The notes under the pieces: generated by a model
Database searches by the model: none
What the model was told of the DNA's origin: nothing
Seen by the model: only the letters and a program-made list of their open reading frames with translations
Shown: positions 1 through 9,091 of the stretch, in pieces
How positions within the stretch are numbered: the stretch's first letter is position 1
Layout of the letters: each line of letters opens with the position of its first letter
From: Arenibaculum sp.
GTDB lineage: Bacteria > Pseudomonadota > Alphaproteobacteria > Azospirillales > Azospirillaceae
Assembly (NCBI RefSeq): GCF_035998295.1
Contig: NZ_DASYHS010000024.1
Location: 2,742 to 66,741 of the forward strand
DNA length: 64,000 nucleotides
Direction: 5' to 3'
Position numbers and translations under genes: made by a program

Positions 1-293
1 GTGTCGTCGACGGAGTGGACGAGGCGGTCGCGCACGTCAACCGCCACGGCTCGCACCACACCGACGCCATCGTGACCGAGGATCGGGCCGCGGCCGCGCG
101 CTTCACCGGCCGGGTCGACAGCGCGATCGTGCTCGTCAACGCCTCGACCCAGTTCGCGGACGGCGCCGAGTTCGGCATGGGCGCCGAGATCGGCATCTCG
201 ACCGGCAAGCTGCACGCCCGCGGCCCGGTCGGGGCCGAGCAGCTCACCAGCTACAAATACGTCGTCCTCGGCGACGGCCAGACCCGGCCGTGA
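1..293 (+). CDS. proA: gamma-glutamyl phosphate reductase, 3' fragment (start lies upstream of the window)
   Basis: The frame of ORF 15..293 is open to the window edge. The C-terminal sequence [33 protein letters not shown] is the conserved ProA tail. It precedes nadD-rsfS-rlmH, as in many Alphaproteobacteria. Confidence 0.8.
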   Translation, partial: VVDGVDEAVAHVNRHGSHHTDAIVTEDRAAAARFTGRVDSAIVLVNASTQFADGAEFGMGAEIGISTGKLHARGPVGAEQLTSYKYVVLGDGQTRP

Positions 294-303
294 GAGCCTT
301 GCC

Positions 304-951
304 TTGAACCATCCCAGGCCCGTCACGAGGTGGTCGGGCCCGCTCTGGGCGGGGTTGCGCATCGGGTTGCTGGGCGGCTCGTTCAACCCCGCGCACGAAG
401 GGCACCGCCACATCAGCATGGTGGCGCTGGCGACGCTCCGGCTCGACGCGGTGTGGTGGCTGGTCAGCCCGCAGAACCCGCTGAAGCCCCGCGCCGGGAT
501 GGAGGCGCTGGCAGGGCGGCTGGCCGAGGCGCGCAGGGTGGCGGCACACCCCCGGATCGTGCCGACCGCGATCGAGCGCGAGCTCGGCACCGTCTATACG
601 GCCGAGACGCTGGACCGGCTGCATCGCCGCTTCCCGGGCACCCGTTTCGTGTGGCTGATGGGGGCGGACAACCTCGCCCAGATCCCGCGCTGGCGCGATT
701 GGCGGAAAATCTTCGAGCGTACCCCCGTTGCAGTGTTCAATCGGCCCCCATATTCTCTTAAGGCACTGGGCGGCAAGGCCGCGCGCCGCTTCCGCGACCG
801 CCGGGTCGGCGCGGAGCGCGCAGGCGGCCTCGCCGCGCTCGATCCGCCGGCATGGGTGTATCTGGATAGTCCGATGCACCCGGCCTCCGCGACCGAGATC
901 CGCCGCCGGCGCGCCGCCCCGGCGCGGCGCGCGGACCGGGGCCTGTCGTGA
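304..951 (+). CDS. nadD: nicotinate-nucleotide adenylyltransferase
   Basis: 215-aa ORF with the nucleotidyltransferase motif GLLGGSFNPAHEGH. The TTG start at 304 is uncertain; an in-frame TTG at 355 is an alternative. Confidence 0.85.
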   Translation: MNHPRPVTRWSGPLWAGLRIGLLGGSFNPAHEGHRHISMVALATLRLDAVWWLVSPQNPLKPRAGMEALAGRLAEARRVAAHPRIVPTAIERELGTVYTAETLDRLHRRFPGTRFVWLMGADNLAQIPRWRDWRKIFERTPVAVFNRPPYSLKALGGKAARRFRDRRVGAERAGGLAALDPPAWVYLDSPMHPASATEIRRRRAAPARRADRGLS

Positions 952-1382
952 CGGGGCCGTCAACCGGACACAGAGGTGGACCCATAGCTACGCTCAAAGA
1001 ACGGGCTCCCGGACACGGGACGCAACCGAAGGATCTCAGCGACCTCGCCGTGAAGTCGCTGGACGACGACAAGGCCGAGGACATCTCCGTCATCGAGCTG
1101 GCCGGCAAGACCACGATCGCCGACTACATGATCATCGCGACCGGCCGCTCGACCCGCCAGGTCGGCGCCATGGCCGAGCATCTGCGCGAGAAGTTCAAGG
1201 ACGCGGGGGTCGGCGGCGTGCAGATCGAAGGCATGCCCCAGGCGGACTGGGTGCTGATCGATGCCGGCGACGTCATCGTGCACCTGTTCCGGCCGGAAGT
1301 CCGCAGCTTCTACAATCTCGAGAAGATGTGGGGCATCGAGCCGCCGGCCTCGGCGGAGCGGGCGTTGACCCGCTACGCCTGA
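948..1382 (+). CDS. rsfS: ribosome silencing factor RsfS (iojap family)
   Basis: 144-aa ORF. Its GTG start overlaps the nadD stop (GTGA). DDDKAEDISVIEL...ADYMIIATGRSTRQVGAMAEHL is the RsfS core. Confidence 0.85.
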   Translation: MTGPSTGHRGGPIATLKERAPGHGTQPKDLSDLAVKSLDDDKAEDISVIELAGKTTIADYMIIATGRSTRQVGAMAEHLREKFKDAGVGGVQIEGMPQADWVLIDAGDVIVHLFRPEVRSFYNLEKMWGIEPPASAERALTRYA

Positions 1383-1427
1383 ACGGACGCGCCGCACGCG
1401 GGCCCCGCTGCGGCGCGGGAGGATGGA

Positions 1428-1886
1428 ATGAAGGTGTGGCTGGCCGCCGTCGGGCGGGCGCGGGCGGGCCCCGTGCGCGACTTGTTCGACGACTACGCCG
1501 GGCGCCTCGTCTGGCCTTTCGCGCTGCGTGAGGTCGAGCTGCGCCGGCGCGTCCCGCCGGAGGAACAGAAGCGCAGGGAGGCCGAGCTGCTGCTCGCAGC
1601 CATCCCGGCGGGGGCGGCGGTCGTCGCGCTTGACGAGCGGGGCCGGAACCTGACCAGCGAGTCCTTCGCCGGCCGCATCGGCGCCTGGCGCGACGGCGGC
1701 ACCGGCGACCTCGCCTTCCTGATCGGCGGCGCGGACGGGCACGGAGAGGCGGCGGTCGGGCGCGCGGACCTGGTCCTGGCACTCGGCAGCATGACGTGGC
1801 CGCACATGATGGTGCGCGCGATGCTGATGGAGCAGATCTACAGGGCTCAGCAGATCCTCGCCGGTCACCCCTATCACCGGTCGTGA
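1428..1886 (+). CDS. rlmH: 23S rRNA (pseudouridine1915-N3)-methyltransferase
   Basis: 152-aa ORF with an ATG start. It has the RlmH/SPOUT C-terminus LSLGSMTWPHMMVRAMLMEQIYRA and the conserved position after rsfS. Confidence 0.9.
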   Translation: MKVWLAAVGRARAGPVRDLFDDYAGRLVWPFALREVELRRRVPPEEQKRREAELLLAAIPAGAAVVALDERGRNLTSESFAGRIGAWRDGGTGDLAFLIGGADGHGEAAVGRADLVLALGSMTWPHMMVRAMLMEQIYRAQQILAGHPYHRS

Positions 1887-1949
1887 CGTCTCCGGCAGCA
1901 TGTCGCCGGGCGGCACCGCCGGCGCCGCATCAACCACAATTTAACCACG

Positions 1950-3533
1950 ATGGGCACTAACATGGCCGCCATGACCGAGACGAACCGCCCCCGCCCCGTC
2001 GTTCTCTGCGTCCTCGACGGCTGGGGCTGGCGCGAGGAGCGCGAGGACAACGCCGCAGCGCTCGCCGATACGCCGAACTTCGACCGGCTGTGGTCGTCCT
2101 GTCCCCATGCCTTCCTGAACGCCAGCGCGCAGGACGTCGGGCTGCCCGACGGGCAGATCGGCAACTCCGAGGTGGGGCACATGAACCTCGGCGCCGGCCG
2201 CGTCGTGCTCCAGGACCTGGTGATGATCGACGCGGCGATCGGACAGGGCGAGCTCGACCGCAACCCGGCGCTCGGCGGCCTCGTCGATGCCCTGCGGCAG
2301 AGCAAGGGCACCTGCCACCTGATGGGCCTGCTGTCTCCCGGCGGCGTGCACAGCCACCAGGACCACATGCTGGCGCTTGCGCGCACGGTCGCCGCGGCAG
2401 GCGTGCCGGTCGTGGTCCATGCCTTCACCGACGGCCGCGACGTGCCCCCGCAGAGTGCCCGCGAGCAGGTCGGCAGGTTCGTTGCCGCGATCGACGGCGT
2501 GCCCGGCATCCGTTTCGGCACCGTGATCGGCCGCTACTACGCGATGGACCGCGACAAGCGCTGGGAGCGCGTCGAGAAGGCGTACGGCGCGATGACGGCG
2601 GCCAAGGGGCTGGAGGCTGCCGACCCGCTGTCCGCGATCGATGCGGCGTACGCCGCCGGGACGAGCGACGAATTCATCCTGCCGACCGTGATCGGCGGCT
2701 ACACCGGCATGACCGACGGCGACGGCGTGCTGATGGCCAATTTCCGCGCCGACCGGGCGCGGGAGATCCTGGCGGCGCTGCTCGAGCCCTCGTTCAAGGG
2801 CTTTGACCGCAACAAGCCCCTGCGCTTCGCCGCCGCCGTCGGCCTGGTCGAGTACTCGGACGAGCTGAACCAGTACATGCAGGCGATCTTCCCGCCGAAG
2901 GAACTGACGCACACGCTGGGGGAGGTGGTGGCCGCGGCGGGGCTGAAGCAGCTCCGCATCGCCGAGACCGAGAAGTACCCCCACGTCACCTTCTTCTTCA
3001 ACGGCGGCGAGGAGAAGCAGTACCCGGGCGAGGCCCGCATCATGGTGCCGTCCCCGAAGGTCGCGACCTACGACCTGCAGCCGGAAATGTCGGCCCCCGA
3101 GATGACGGACAAGCTGGTCGACGCGGTCGGGAGCGGCGAGTTCGACCTCGTGGTCGTCAACTACGCCAATCCCGACATGGTCGGGCATTCCGGGATCCTC
3201 GATGCCGCGATCCGGGCGGTCGAGGCGGTGGACCTTGGACTTGGCCGGCTCGAAGAGGCGGTCCGCCGCCGCGGCGGGGTGATGCTCGTGACCGCCGACC
3301 ACGGCAACTGCGAGATGATGAAGGACCCGGAGACCGGCGGCCCCCACACCGCCCACACGCTGAACAGGGTGCCGGTGATCCTGGTCGGCGCGCCCTCGGG
3401 AGTGGCCCTGCGCGACGGCCGCCTCAGCGACGTCGCCCCGACGTTGCTGGAACTGATCGGCCTCGGCCAGCCGCACGAGATGACCGGCCGCTCCCTGATC
3501 GAGCGGGATTCGGCCCGCGCGGCGGCGGATTGA
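1950..3533 (+). CDS. gpmI: 2,3-bisphosphoglycerate-independent phosphoglycerate mutase
   Basis: 527-aa ORF with LDGWG, SEVGHMNLGAGR, NYANPDMVGHSG and TADHGN motifs. Several in-frame ATGs lie at 1950-1971, so the exact start is uncertain. Confidence 0.95.
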   Translation: MGTNMAAMTETNRPRPVVLCVLDGWGWREEREDNAAALADTPNFDRLWSSCPHAFLNASAQDVGLPDGQIGNSEVGHMNLGAGRVVLQDLVMIDAAIGQGELDRNPALGGLVDALRQSKGTCHLMGLLSPGGVHSHQDHMLALARTVAAAGVPVVVHAFTDGRDVPPQSAREQVGRFVAAIDGVPGIRFGTVIGRYYAMDRDKRWERVEKAYGAMTAAKGLEAADPLSAIDAAYAAGTSDEFILPTVIGGYTGMTDGDGVLMANFRADRAREILAALLEPSFKGFDRNKPLRFAAAVGLVEYSDELNQYMQAIFPPKELTHTLGEVVAAAGLKQLRIAETEKYPHVTFFFNGGEEKQYPGEARIMVPSPKVATYDLQPEMSAPEMTDKLVDAVGSGEFDLVVVNYANPDMVGHSGILDAAIRAVEAVDLGLGRLEEAVRRRGGVMLVTADHGNCEMMKDPETGGPHTAHTLNRVPVILVGAPSGVALRDGRLSDVAPTLLELIGLGQPHEMTGRSLIERDSARAAAD

Positions 3534-3535
3534 GC

Positions 3536-4828
3536 ATGGCGGGCGCGCATTCCGACCTCGGCAGTGGCGGGGGGCGCGCCCCGGTTCCGGTCCTCCTGGC
3601 GTTATGCGCCGTGCTCGCGGCGGGAACGGCGTCGGCCGCCGACAACCCTGCGGGCACGCTCCAGCGGGTCGAGCGGGAGCTGACCGCCAGCGGCAAGCGC
3701 GAGGCGGAGCTGAAGCGCGAGGCCGGACGCATCGCCGCCGAGCTGGGCGACCTGCGCCGACGCCTCGTCGAGGGGGCCGCGCAGTCGCGCGCGGTCGAGC
3801 ACGACCTCGCCGGCCTCGAGGAGAAGCTGCGCATCCTGCAGGAGCAGGAGGTGATACAGACCGCCCGGCTGGAGGTCGAGCGCGCGCGCGTCTCCTCCCT
3901 GCTCGGCGCGCTCCAGCGCCTGTCCCGCGTCCCGACGGAGGCGCTCGCCGTGCGTCCGGAAGCCCCGGTCGACACACTGCGCGGCGCGCTGCTGCTGCGC
4001 TCGGCCGTGCCCGAGCTGGACCGCCGGGCCGAGGCGCTGGCCGGTGCGATCCGGGAGTTGGGCGAGCTGCGCGCCGGCATCGCCGAGCGTCGCGCGCAGG
4101 CGGAGGGGGTGCGCGCCGATCTTGCCCGCCGCGCGACCGAGATCGAGGATCTGGTCCGCCGCCGCGAGCAGCTCGCCGCCCGCACCGACGAGGAGCGCCG
4201 CGAGATGGAGCGCCGTTCGGCCCGTCTCGCCGCCGAAGCGAAGGACCTGCGCTCGCTGCTCCAGCGGATCGAGGCCGAGCGTGTCGCGAAGGCCGAGGAA
4301 GCGCGGCGCCAAGCCGAGGCGGAGGCCCGGGTCGCCGCCATCATTCCTCCCCGTCCGCCGGAACAGGGCGGTTCGGAACGCCACGCGACCCTGGTCGTGC
4401 CGCCCGCGCCGCCGGCGCGCGAGCCCGGGCGGGACGATGGCGCCCTCCTGCCGGCGGCCGGGCGCATCACCGTGCGCTACGGCGAGCCGGACCGGTTCGG
4501 CAACACCAGCCGCGGTCTCACCATCTCGGCCCGCCCGGGAACCCAGGTCGTCGCGCCCTTCGACGGGTCGATCATGTTCGCCGGCCCCTTCAAGGGGTAC
4601 GGGCAAATCTTGATCGTGGAACATGCCGGCGGATATCATAGTCTGATCGCGGGACTGGGACGCATCGACACACGAGTTGGCCAGCAGGTGCTGGCCGGTG
4701 AGCCCGTCGGCATCATGGCCGCGCCTGAAGACGGTAACCCCGACCTTTACTTCGAGCTGCGACGAAACGGTCAGCCCATCAATCCGCAGCGCGGCATGGC
4801 CGCACTTGGTGGGAAAGGACAAGGCTAG
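3536..4828 (+). CDS. murein hydrolase activator, EnvC-like (coiled coil + LytM/M23 domain)
   Basis: Signal peptide LLALCAVLAAGTASA, then a long Arg/Glu/Leu coiled-coil region. The C-terminal M23 fold is GYGQILIVEHAGGYHSLIAGL...DLYFELRRNGQPINP. ATG 3536 is preferred over TTG 3530. The gpmI-envC-ctpA-yibQ synteny is conserved. Confidence 0.85.
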   Translation: MAGAHSDLGSGGGRAPVPVLLALCAVLAAGTASAADNPAGTLQRVERELTASGKREAELKREAGRIAAELGDLRRRLVEGAAQSRAVEHDLAGLEEKLRILQEQEVIQTARLEVERARVSSLLGALQRLSRVPTEALAVRPEAPVDTLRGALLLRSAVPELDRRAEALAGAIRELGELRAGIAERRAQAEGVRADLARRATEIEDLVRRREQLAARTDEERREMERRSARLAAEAKDLRSLLQRIEAERVAKAEEARRQAEAEARVAAIIPPRPPEQGGSERHATLVVPPAPPAREPGRDDGALLPAAGRITVRYGEPDRFGNTSRGLTISARPGTQVVAPFDGSIMFAGPFKGYGQILIVEHAGGYHSLIAGLGRIDTRVGQQVLAGEPVGIMAAPEDGNPDLYFELRRNGQPINPQRGMAALGGKGQG

Positions 4829-6202
4829 ATGATGAAGACGATCAGCGCTTCCGCCCTTGCGGCGATCATGCTCCTGGTGCCGGCCGTCACGGCCTCGGCG
4901 GAGACGAACAGCTCCGAGACGTACCGGCAGCTGAACCTCTTCGGCGACGTGTTCGAGCGCGTGCGCTCCGAATACGTCGAGGAGGTGACCGACGAGCAGC
5001 TGATCGAAGCTGCGATCAACGGCATGCTGACCTCGCTCGACCCGCATTCGAGCTATCTCGACCAGAAGAACTTCCAGGACATGCAGGTGCAGACCCGCGG
5101 GGAGTTCGGCGGGCTCGGCATCGAGGTCACGATGGAGGAGGGGGTCATCAAGGTGGTCTCGCCCATCGACGAGACGCCGGCGTTCCGCGCCGGCCTGCAG
5201 CCGGGCGACCTCATCACCCATCTCGACGGCGAGGCGATCTCGGGCCTGACGCTGTCGCAGGCGGTCGAGCGGATGCGCGGGCCGGTGGGCAGCGACATCC
5301 AGGTCACGGTCCGCCGCGGCCTCACCGGCGAGCCGTTCGACGTGACGCTCACCCGCGACGTGATCCGCATCCAGTCGGTCCGCTACCGTCCCGAAGGCAA
5401 TGTCGGCTACATCCGCGTCACCACCTTCAACGAGCAGACCCAGGCCGGCGTGGAGCGGGCCGTCGCCAGCCTGGGGGACGAGCTCGGCGACGACCTGATC
5501 GGCTACGTCGTCGACCTGCGCAACAATCCCGGCGGCCTGCTCGATCAGGCGATCTCGGTGTCCGACAGCTTCCTCGACAAGGGCGAGATCGTGTCGACCC
5601 GCAGCCGCCGCACCGAGGACGGCCAGCGCTACAACGCGAAGCCCGGCGACCTCGCCGGAGGCAAGCCGATCGTGGTGCTGATCAACGGCGGTTCCGCCTC
5701 GGCCTCGGAGATCGTCGCCGGCGCGCTCCAGGACCACCGGCGCGCGATCGTGCTCGGCACCCAGTCCTTCGGCAAGGGCTCGGTCCAGACCATCGTCCCG
5801 CTGCCCGGCCACGGCGCGATGCGGCTGACGACGGCGCGCTACTACACGCCGGCCGGCCGCTCTATCCAGCAGCTCGGCATCACCCCGGACATCGAGGTGC
5901 AGCCGGCCAAGGTCGAGGAACTGGCGGAGGCGCAACGCCGGAGCGAAGCCGACCTGCGCGGCGCCCTGACCAACGACACCAGCCGCCCGCCGGCCGAGGA
6001 GGCTCCCGCCGCGACGCCGGCGCCGGCCGAGCCCGAAGAGGACGCGGTCCCCGGCCCTGGCGCCGAGGCCGAGCCCCCGGTCGACGGCACCGCACCCGCG
6101 ACGGCCGGCGCCGAGGTGCCCGAGGTCGACTATCAGCTCGCCCGCGCGATCGACCTGCTGAGGGGCGTCTCGCTCTTCAATACGCGCGCCGCTGTGAACT
6201 GA
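4829..6202 (+). CDS. ctpA: carboxy-terminal processing protease (S41 family)
   Basis: 457-aa ORF with a signal peptide and a PDZ region (GLQPGDLITHLDG). The S41 catalytic motifs GGSASASEI and FGKGSVQ are present, followed by a Pro/Ala-rich tail. Confidence 0.9.
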   Translation: MMKTISASALAAIMLLVPAVTASAETNSSETYRQLNLFGDVFERVRSEYVEEVTDEQLIEAAINGMLTSLDPHSSYLDQKNFQDMQVQTRGEFGGLGIEVTMEEGVIKVVSPIDETPAFRAGLQPGDLITHLDGEAISGLTLSQAVERMRGPVGSDIQVTVRRGLTGEPFDVTLTRDVIRIQSVRYRPEGNVGYIRVTTFNEQTQAGVERAVASLGDELGDDLIGYVVDLRNNPGGLLDQAISVSDSFLDKGEIVSTRSRRTEDGQRYNAKPGDLAGGKPIVVLINGGSASASEIVAGALQDHRRAIVLGTQSFGKGSVQTIVPLPGHGAMRLTTARYYTPAGRSIQQLGITPDIEVQPAKVEELAEAQRRSEADLRGALTNDTSRPPAEEAPAATPAPAEPEEDAVPGPGAEAEPPVDGTAPATAGAEVPEVDYQLARAIDLLRGVSLFNTRAAVN

Positions 6203-6217
6203 CGGGCGGGCGGGGCG

Positions 6218-7474
6218 GTGGGCGATCCCGGTTCCGCATCCGGTCGGCTCGGCGGCCTCGGCCGCCGGCTGGCCTTTCCGCGCCTGGCTCTTGCGCGGTT
6301 GCCACTTCTCCGGTCGGGGTGGCCGGCGGTGCTGAGGCGCCTCGGCGCGCCGGTTCCCGGACTTCGCGGTGCGGCGGCCGGGGCGGCAGGCGAGCCGGAG
6401 GTCGATCTCGACGACGCGTCGGGCGAGGCCGCGGCCTCGCACTGGCGGCTGGCGATCCCGGCGGTTCCCCTCCTGCTGCTGGGCGGGCTCGTCCTGTGGC
6501 TCTCGCTCTCGGCCGAGCAGACGATGCGCGAGCGTCTGGCGCGCATTCCCAGCATCGTCGTCCCCGTGATCGACATGGCCGGCGGAGACGGCGTGTTGCC
6601 TGCGCCCACGGATGCCGCGTCCGCCGGCTCCGGGACATCCGATCCCAATCCGGTCGACTTCGCGGTCGAAATGGCTCCGGCTCCCGATCCGGCCCTGGTC
6701 GAGCAGACGCCGGACGGAGCGTTGCCGCGGGTCGGCGAGGACGGCCGCACGCCATGGCAGACCTATGCCCGGCCTTTCGTCCATGGCGACGTCCGGCCCC
6801 GCGTCGCGGTCGTCATGGCCGAACTCGGCATGTCCTCCGCGGCGACGCGCGACGCGCTCGCGCGCTTGCCGGGGGCGGTGACGCTTGCCTTCCCGTCGCA
6901 TGCCCCGGACCTGCCGGCCTGGATCGAGGCGGCCCGGCGCGACGGCCACGAGGTGCTGCTGGACCTGCCGGCCGAGCCTGACGCCTACCCGAAGGACGAT
7001 CCCGGACCGGGCGCCTTGATGACGATGCTGCCCTCCGACGAGAACCTGCGCCGCCTGCGGCTGCTGCTGGCGCGCGGAACGGGATATGTCGGTGTGACCA
7101 CCCTGTCCGGTTCCGGATTCTCGGCCGCGCCGGAAGCGGTCGGCCCGGTAGCGCAGGAACTCGCCCGACGCGGGCTGGCGCTCCTGGACGCACGTGCTTC
7201 CAGCCGCAGCGCCCTGGCAGGCTCGGCGACCGCCGCCGCCGCCCCGCGCGCCATCGCGGACATCCGCGTCGACCGGTCGCCCTCGCCGGCAGCCATCGAT
7301 GCGGAACTCGCGGCGCTGCTGGAGATCGCCCGGCGGGACGGGACGGCCGTCGGCGTCGTGTCGCCCTATCCCGTCACCCTGGAGAGACTCGGCCTGTGGC
7401 TGCCGAAGCTCGCCGCCGAAGGGGTGGCGCTCGCCCCCTTGACGGCGGTGGTGAACCGCCAGCCCGACCGCTGA
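6218..7474 (+). CDS. divergent polysaccharide deacetylase family protein (YibQ-like)
   Basis: One TM segment (AIPAVPLLLLGGLVLWLSL) followed by a YibQ-type domain (PRVAVVMAELGMS...VTLAFPSHAP...GHEVLLDLPAEP...GVTTLSGSGF). The position after envC/ctpA matches known synteny. The GTG start is uncertain. Confidence 0.8.
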   Translation: MGDPGSASGRLGGLGRRLAFPRLALARLPLLRSGWPAVLRRLGAPVPGLRGAAAGAAGEPEVDLDDASGEAAASHWRLAIPAVPLLLLGGLVLWLSLSAEQTMRERLARIPSIVVPVIDMAGGDGVLPAPTDAASAGSGTSDPNPVDFAVEMAPAPDPALVEQTPDGALPRVGEDGRTPWQTYARPFVHGDVRPRVAVVMAELGMSSAATRDALARLPGAVTLAFPSHAPDLPAWIEAARRDGHEVLLDLPAEPDAYPKDDPGPGALMTMLPSDENLRRLRLLLARGTGYVGVTTLSGSGFSAAPEAVGPVAQELARRGLALLDARASSRSALAGSATAAAAPRAIADIRVDRSPSPAAIDAELAALLEIARRDGTAVGVVSPYPVTLERLGLWLPKLAAEGVALAPLTAVVNRQPDR

Positions 7475-7484
7475 ACCGGACGCC

Positions 7485-7976
7485 ATGACCGACCCGACGG
7501 AGCTGCCCTACCGCCCCTGCGTCGGCGTGACGCTGTTCAACCCCGACGGCCTGGTCTTCGTCGGCCGTCGCCGCGACACTCCCGACGCCTGGCAGATGCC
7601 GCAGGGCGGCATCGATCCCGGCGAGACCCCGGAACGGGCAGGCCTGCGCGAGTTGGAGGAGGAGATCGGCACCGCGCGCGCCGAGCTGGTAGCCCAGTCC
7701 TCGGGATGGCTGCGCTACGACCTGCCGCCGGCGCTGCTCGGCAAGGTCTGGGGCGGCCGTTTCCGTGGGCAGGAGCAGAAATGGCTGCTGTGCCGCTTCA
7801 CCGGTACGGACGCCGACATCCGCCTCGACACCGCCCATCCCGAGTTCGACGCCTGGCGCTGGGTCCGCCCCGAGGAGGTCGCCGGTCTGATCGTTCCGTT
7901 CAAGCGCGCGATCTACGAGGCGGTCATGGCGGAGTTCGTTCCCGCGATCGGCCGCCTCGTGCGCCGGGGCCGCTAG
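7485..7976 (+). CDS. rppH: RNA pyrophosphohydrolase (Nudix)
   Basis: 163-aa ORF with the Nudix box GGIDPGETPERAGLRELEEEIG and the RppH-type QKWLLCRF segment. Confidence 0.9.
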   Translation: MTDPTELPYRPCVGVTLFNPDGLVFVGRRRDTPDAWQMPQGGIDPGETPERAGLRELEEEIGTARAELVAQSSGWLRYDLPPALLGKVWGGRFRGQEQKWLLCRFTGTDADIRLDTAHPEFDAWRWVRPEEVAGLIVPFKRAIYEAVMAEFVPAIGRLVRRGR

Positions 7977-8211
7977 ATTGGCGGAGCAATCGGGCCCTTT
8001 ACCTGTTTGCGTTTCAGCAGATATCGTGGGCTTCGCGAGCGTCTGCAGGGGAGGACCGTATGGCCGCAGGCACGCGCAGCCGCTTGCAAATGCGGGCGCG
8101 GTACCCATTTATGCCTGATCGAATGCACTATGGGTCACGGTCTTCGTGCAGACTGCTGCCTAACGGTCGTCCCCGACGTGATTTGATGCCCCGCCGCGAT
8201 GTTGTGGTCGG

Positions 8212-8448
8212 GTGACGCCGATCGAGGGAGAAGATCAGATGGCGATAGGTACGGTGAAGTGGTTCAATGGCACCAAGGGTTACGGCTTCATCGAGCCGGA
8301 GCAGGGCGGTGCCGACGTCTTCGTCCACATTTCGGCGGTCGAGCGCTCGGGGCTGTCCGACCTCCGGGAAGGGCAGAAGGTGTCCTACGATCTCGAGAAC
8401 GACCCCAGGAAGGGCAAGGTCTCCGCGACCAACCTGAAGGCGCTTTGA
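8212..8448 (+). CDS. cspA: cold-shock protein
   Basis: 78-aa ORF with [15 protein letters not shown] (RNP1) and DVFVHIS (RNP2). RBS GAGGGAGAAG lies upstream, and a long (235 nt), less GC-rich 5' region is typical of csp genes. Confidence 0.95.
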   Translation: MTPIEGEDQMAIGTVKWFNGTKGYGFIEPEQGGADVFVHISAVERSGLSDLREGQKVSYDLENDPRKGKVSATNLKAL

Positions 8449-8453
8449 GGGAC

Positions 8454-8532
8454 GGGCGGCGTTAGCCGCCCCCCAGCGGAACGGGCGGCTAGCGCCGCCC
8501 TTTGGCAAGGGACTGGGCGGCTTGTGCCGCCC
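8454..8532 (+). repeat. three tandem copies of a GGGCGGC-N4-GCCGCCC stem-loop unit
   Basis: Perfect 7-bp stems at 8454-8471 (loop GTTA), 8483-8500 (loop TAGC) and 8515-8532 (loop TTGT). Each is preceded by GGAC/GGAAC/GGACT. The period is about 30 nt. Confidence 0.8.
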
Positions 8533-8538
8533 TTTTCC
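8515..8538 (+). terminator. rho-independent terminator downstream of cspA
   Basis: Third hairpin GGGCGGC TTGT GCCGCCC, followed directly by TTTTCC. Confidence 0.6.
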
Positions 8539-8585
8539 GGTTGGTAAGGTAGTGCCCCGACCGTCGGTCCGGGCTAGGAGGGTGA

Positions 8586-8858
8586 ATGGCCAAGGAAGAC
8601 CTGGTCGAGATGGAAGGGGTCGTCACCGAAGCCCTGCCGGACGCACGGTTTCGCGTGCAGTTGGACGGCGGGCACGAGGTGATGGCCTATTCGTCCGGCC
8701 GCATGAAGAAGAACCGTATCCGCATCCTGGCGGGCGATCGCGTCACCGTCGAGATGACGCCCTACGACCTGACCAAGGCGCGCATCAACTACCGCCACAA
8801 GGCCGAAGGCGCCGGACCGGCCGCCGGCCCCAGGCGCCCGCCGCCGCGGCGGCGGTGA
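8586..8858 (+). CDS. infA: translation initiation factor IF-1 (with about 18-aa Pro/Arg-rich C-terminal extension)
   Basis: [72 protein letters not shown] is a canonical IF-1 S1 fold. RBS is AGGAGGG. The ORF then continues [18 protein letters not shown]. Confidence 0.95.
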   Translation: MAKEDLVEMEGVVTEALPDARFRVQLDGGHEVMAYSSGRMKKNRIRILAGDRVTVEMTPYDLTKARINYRHKAEGAGPAAGPRRPPPRRR

Positions 8859-9091
8859 AGCCGGGACCGGCGGCTTCGGTCGCCGGCCGGACTTGACCGA
8901 CCTCTCGTGCAGCATCATACCGGGTATACGGAAAGTTTCCGGCCCGGCCCGCGCGCCGGCTTCGCCACGTGTCGCGATTCGCGGGACCAATCCTCGAAAC
9001 GACCACGATCGGCCTGGCCGGCATCCGCCCGGCGAGCATCCCGACGACGCGCGCCGGACCGTGGCGGGTGCGCACGACCCTCAAGGACCAC

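Noticed and set aside
3602-7486. 1294-aa minus-strand ORF
   Set aside because: It is antisense to envC-like, ctpA and yibQ-like genes, which all carry clear family motifs. The translation is low complexity.
8454-8532. Possible mini-CRISPR array (regularly spaced repeats)
   Set aside because: There are only three 18-nt hairpin units with spacers of about 11-14 nt. There are no cas genes, and the repeats are far shorter than CRISPR repeats. It is better explained as tandem terminator-like stem-loops.
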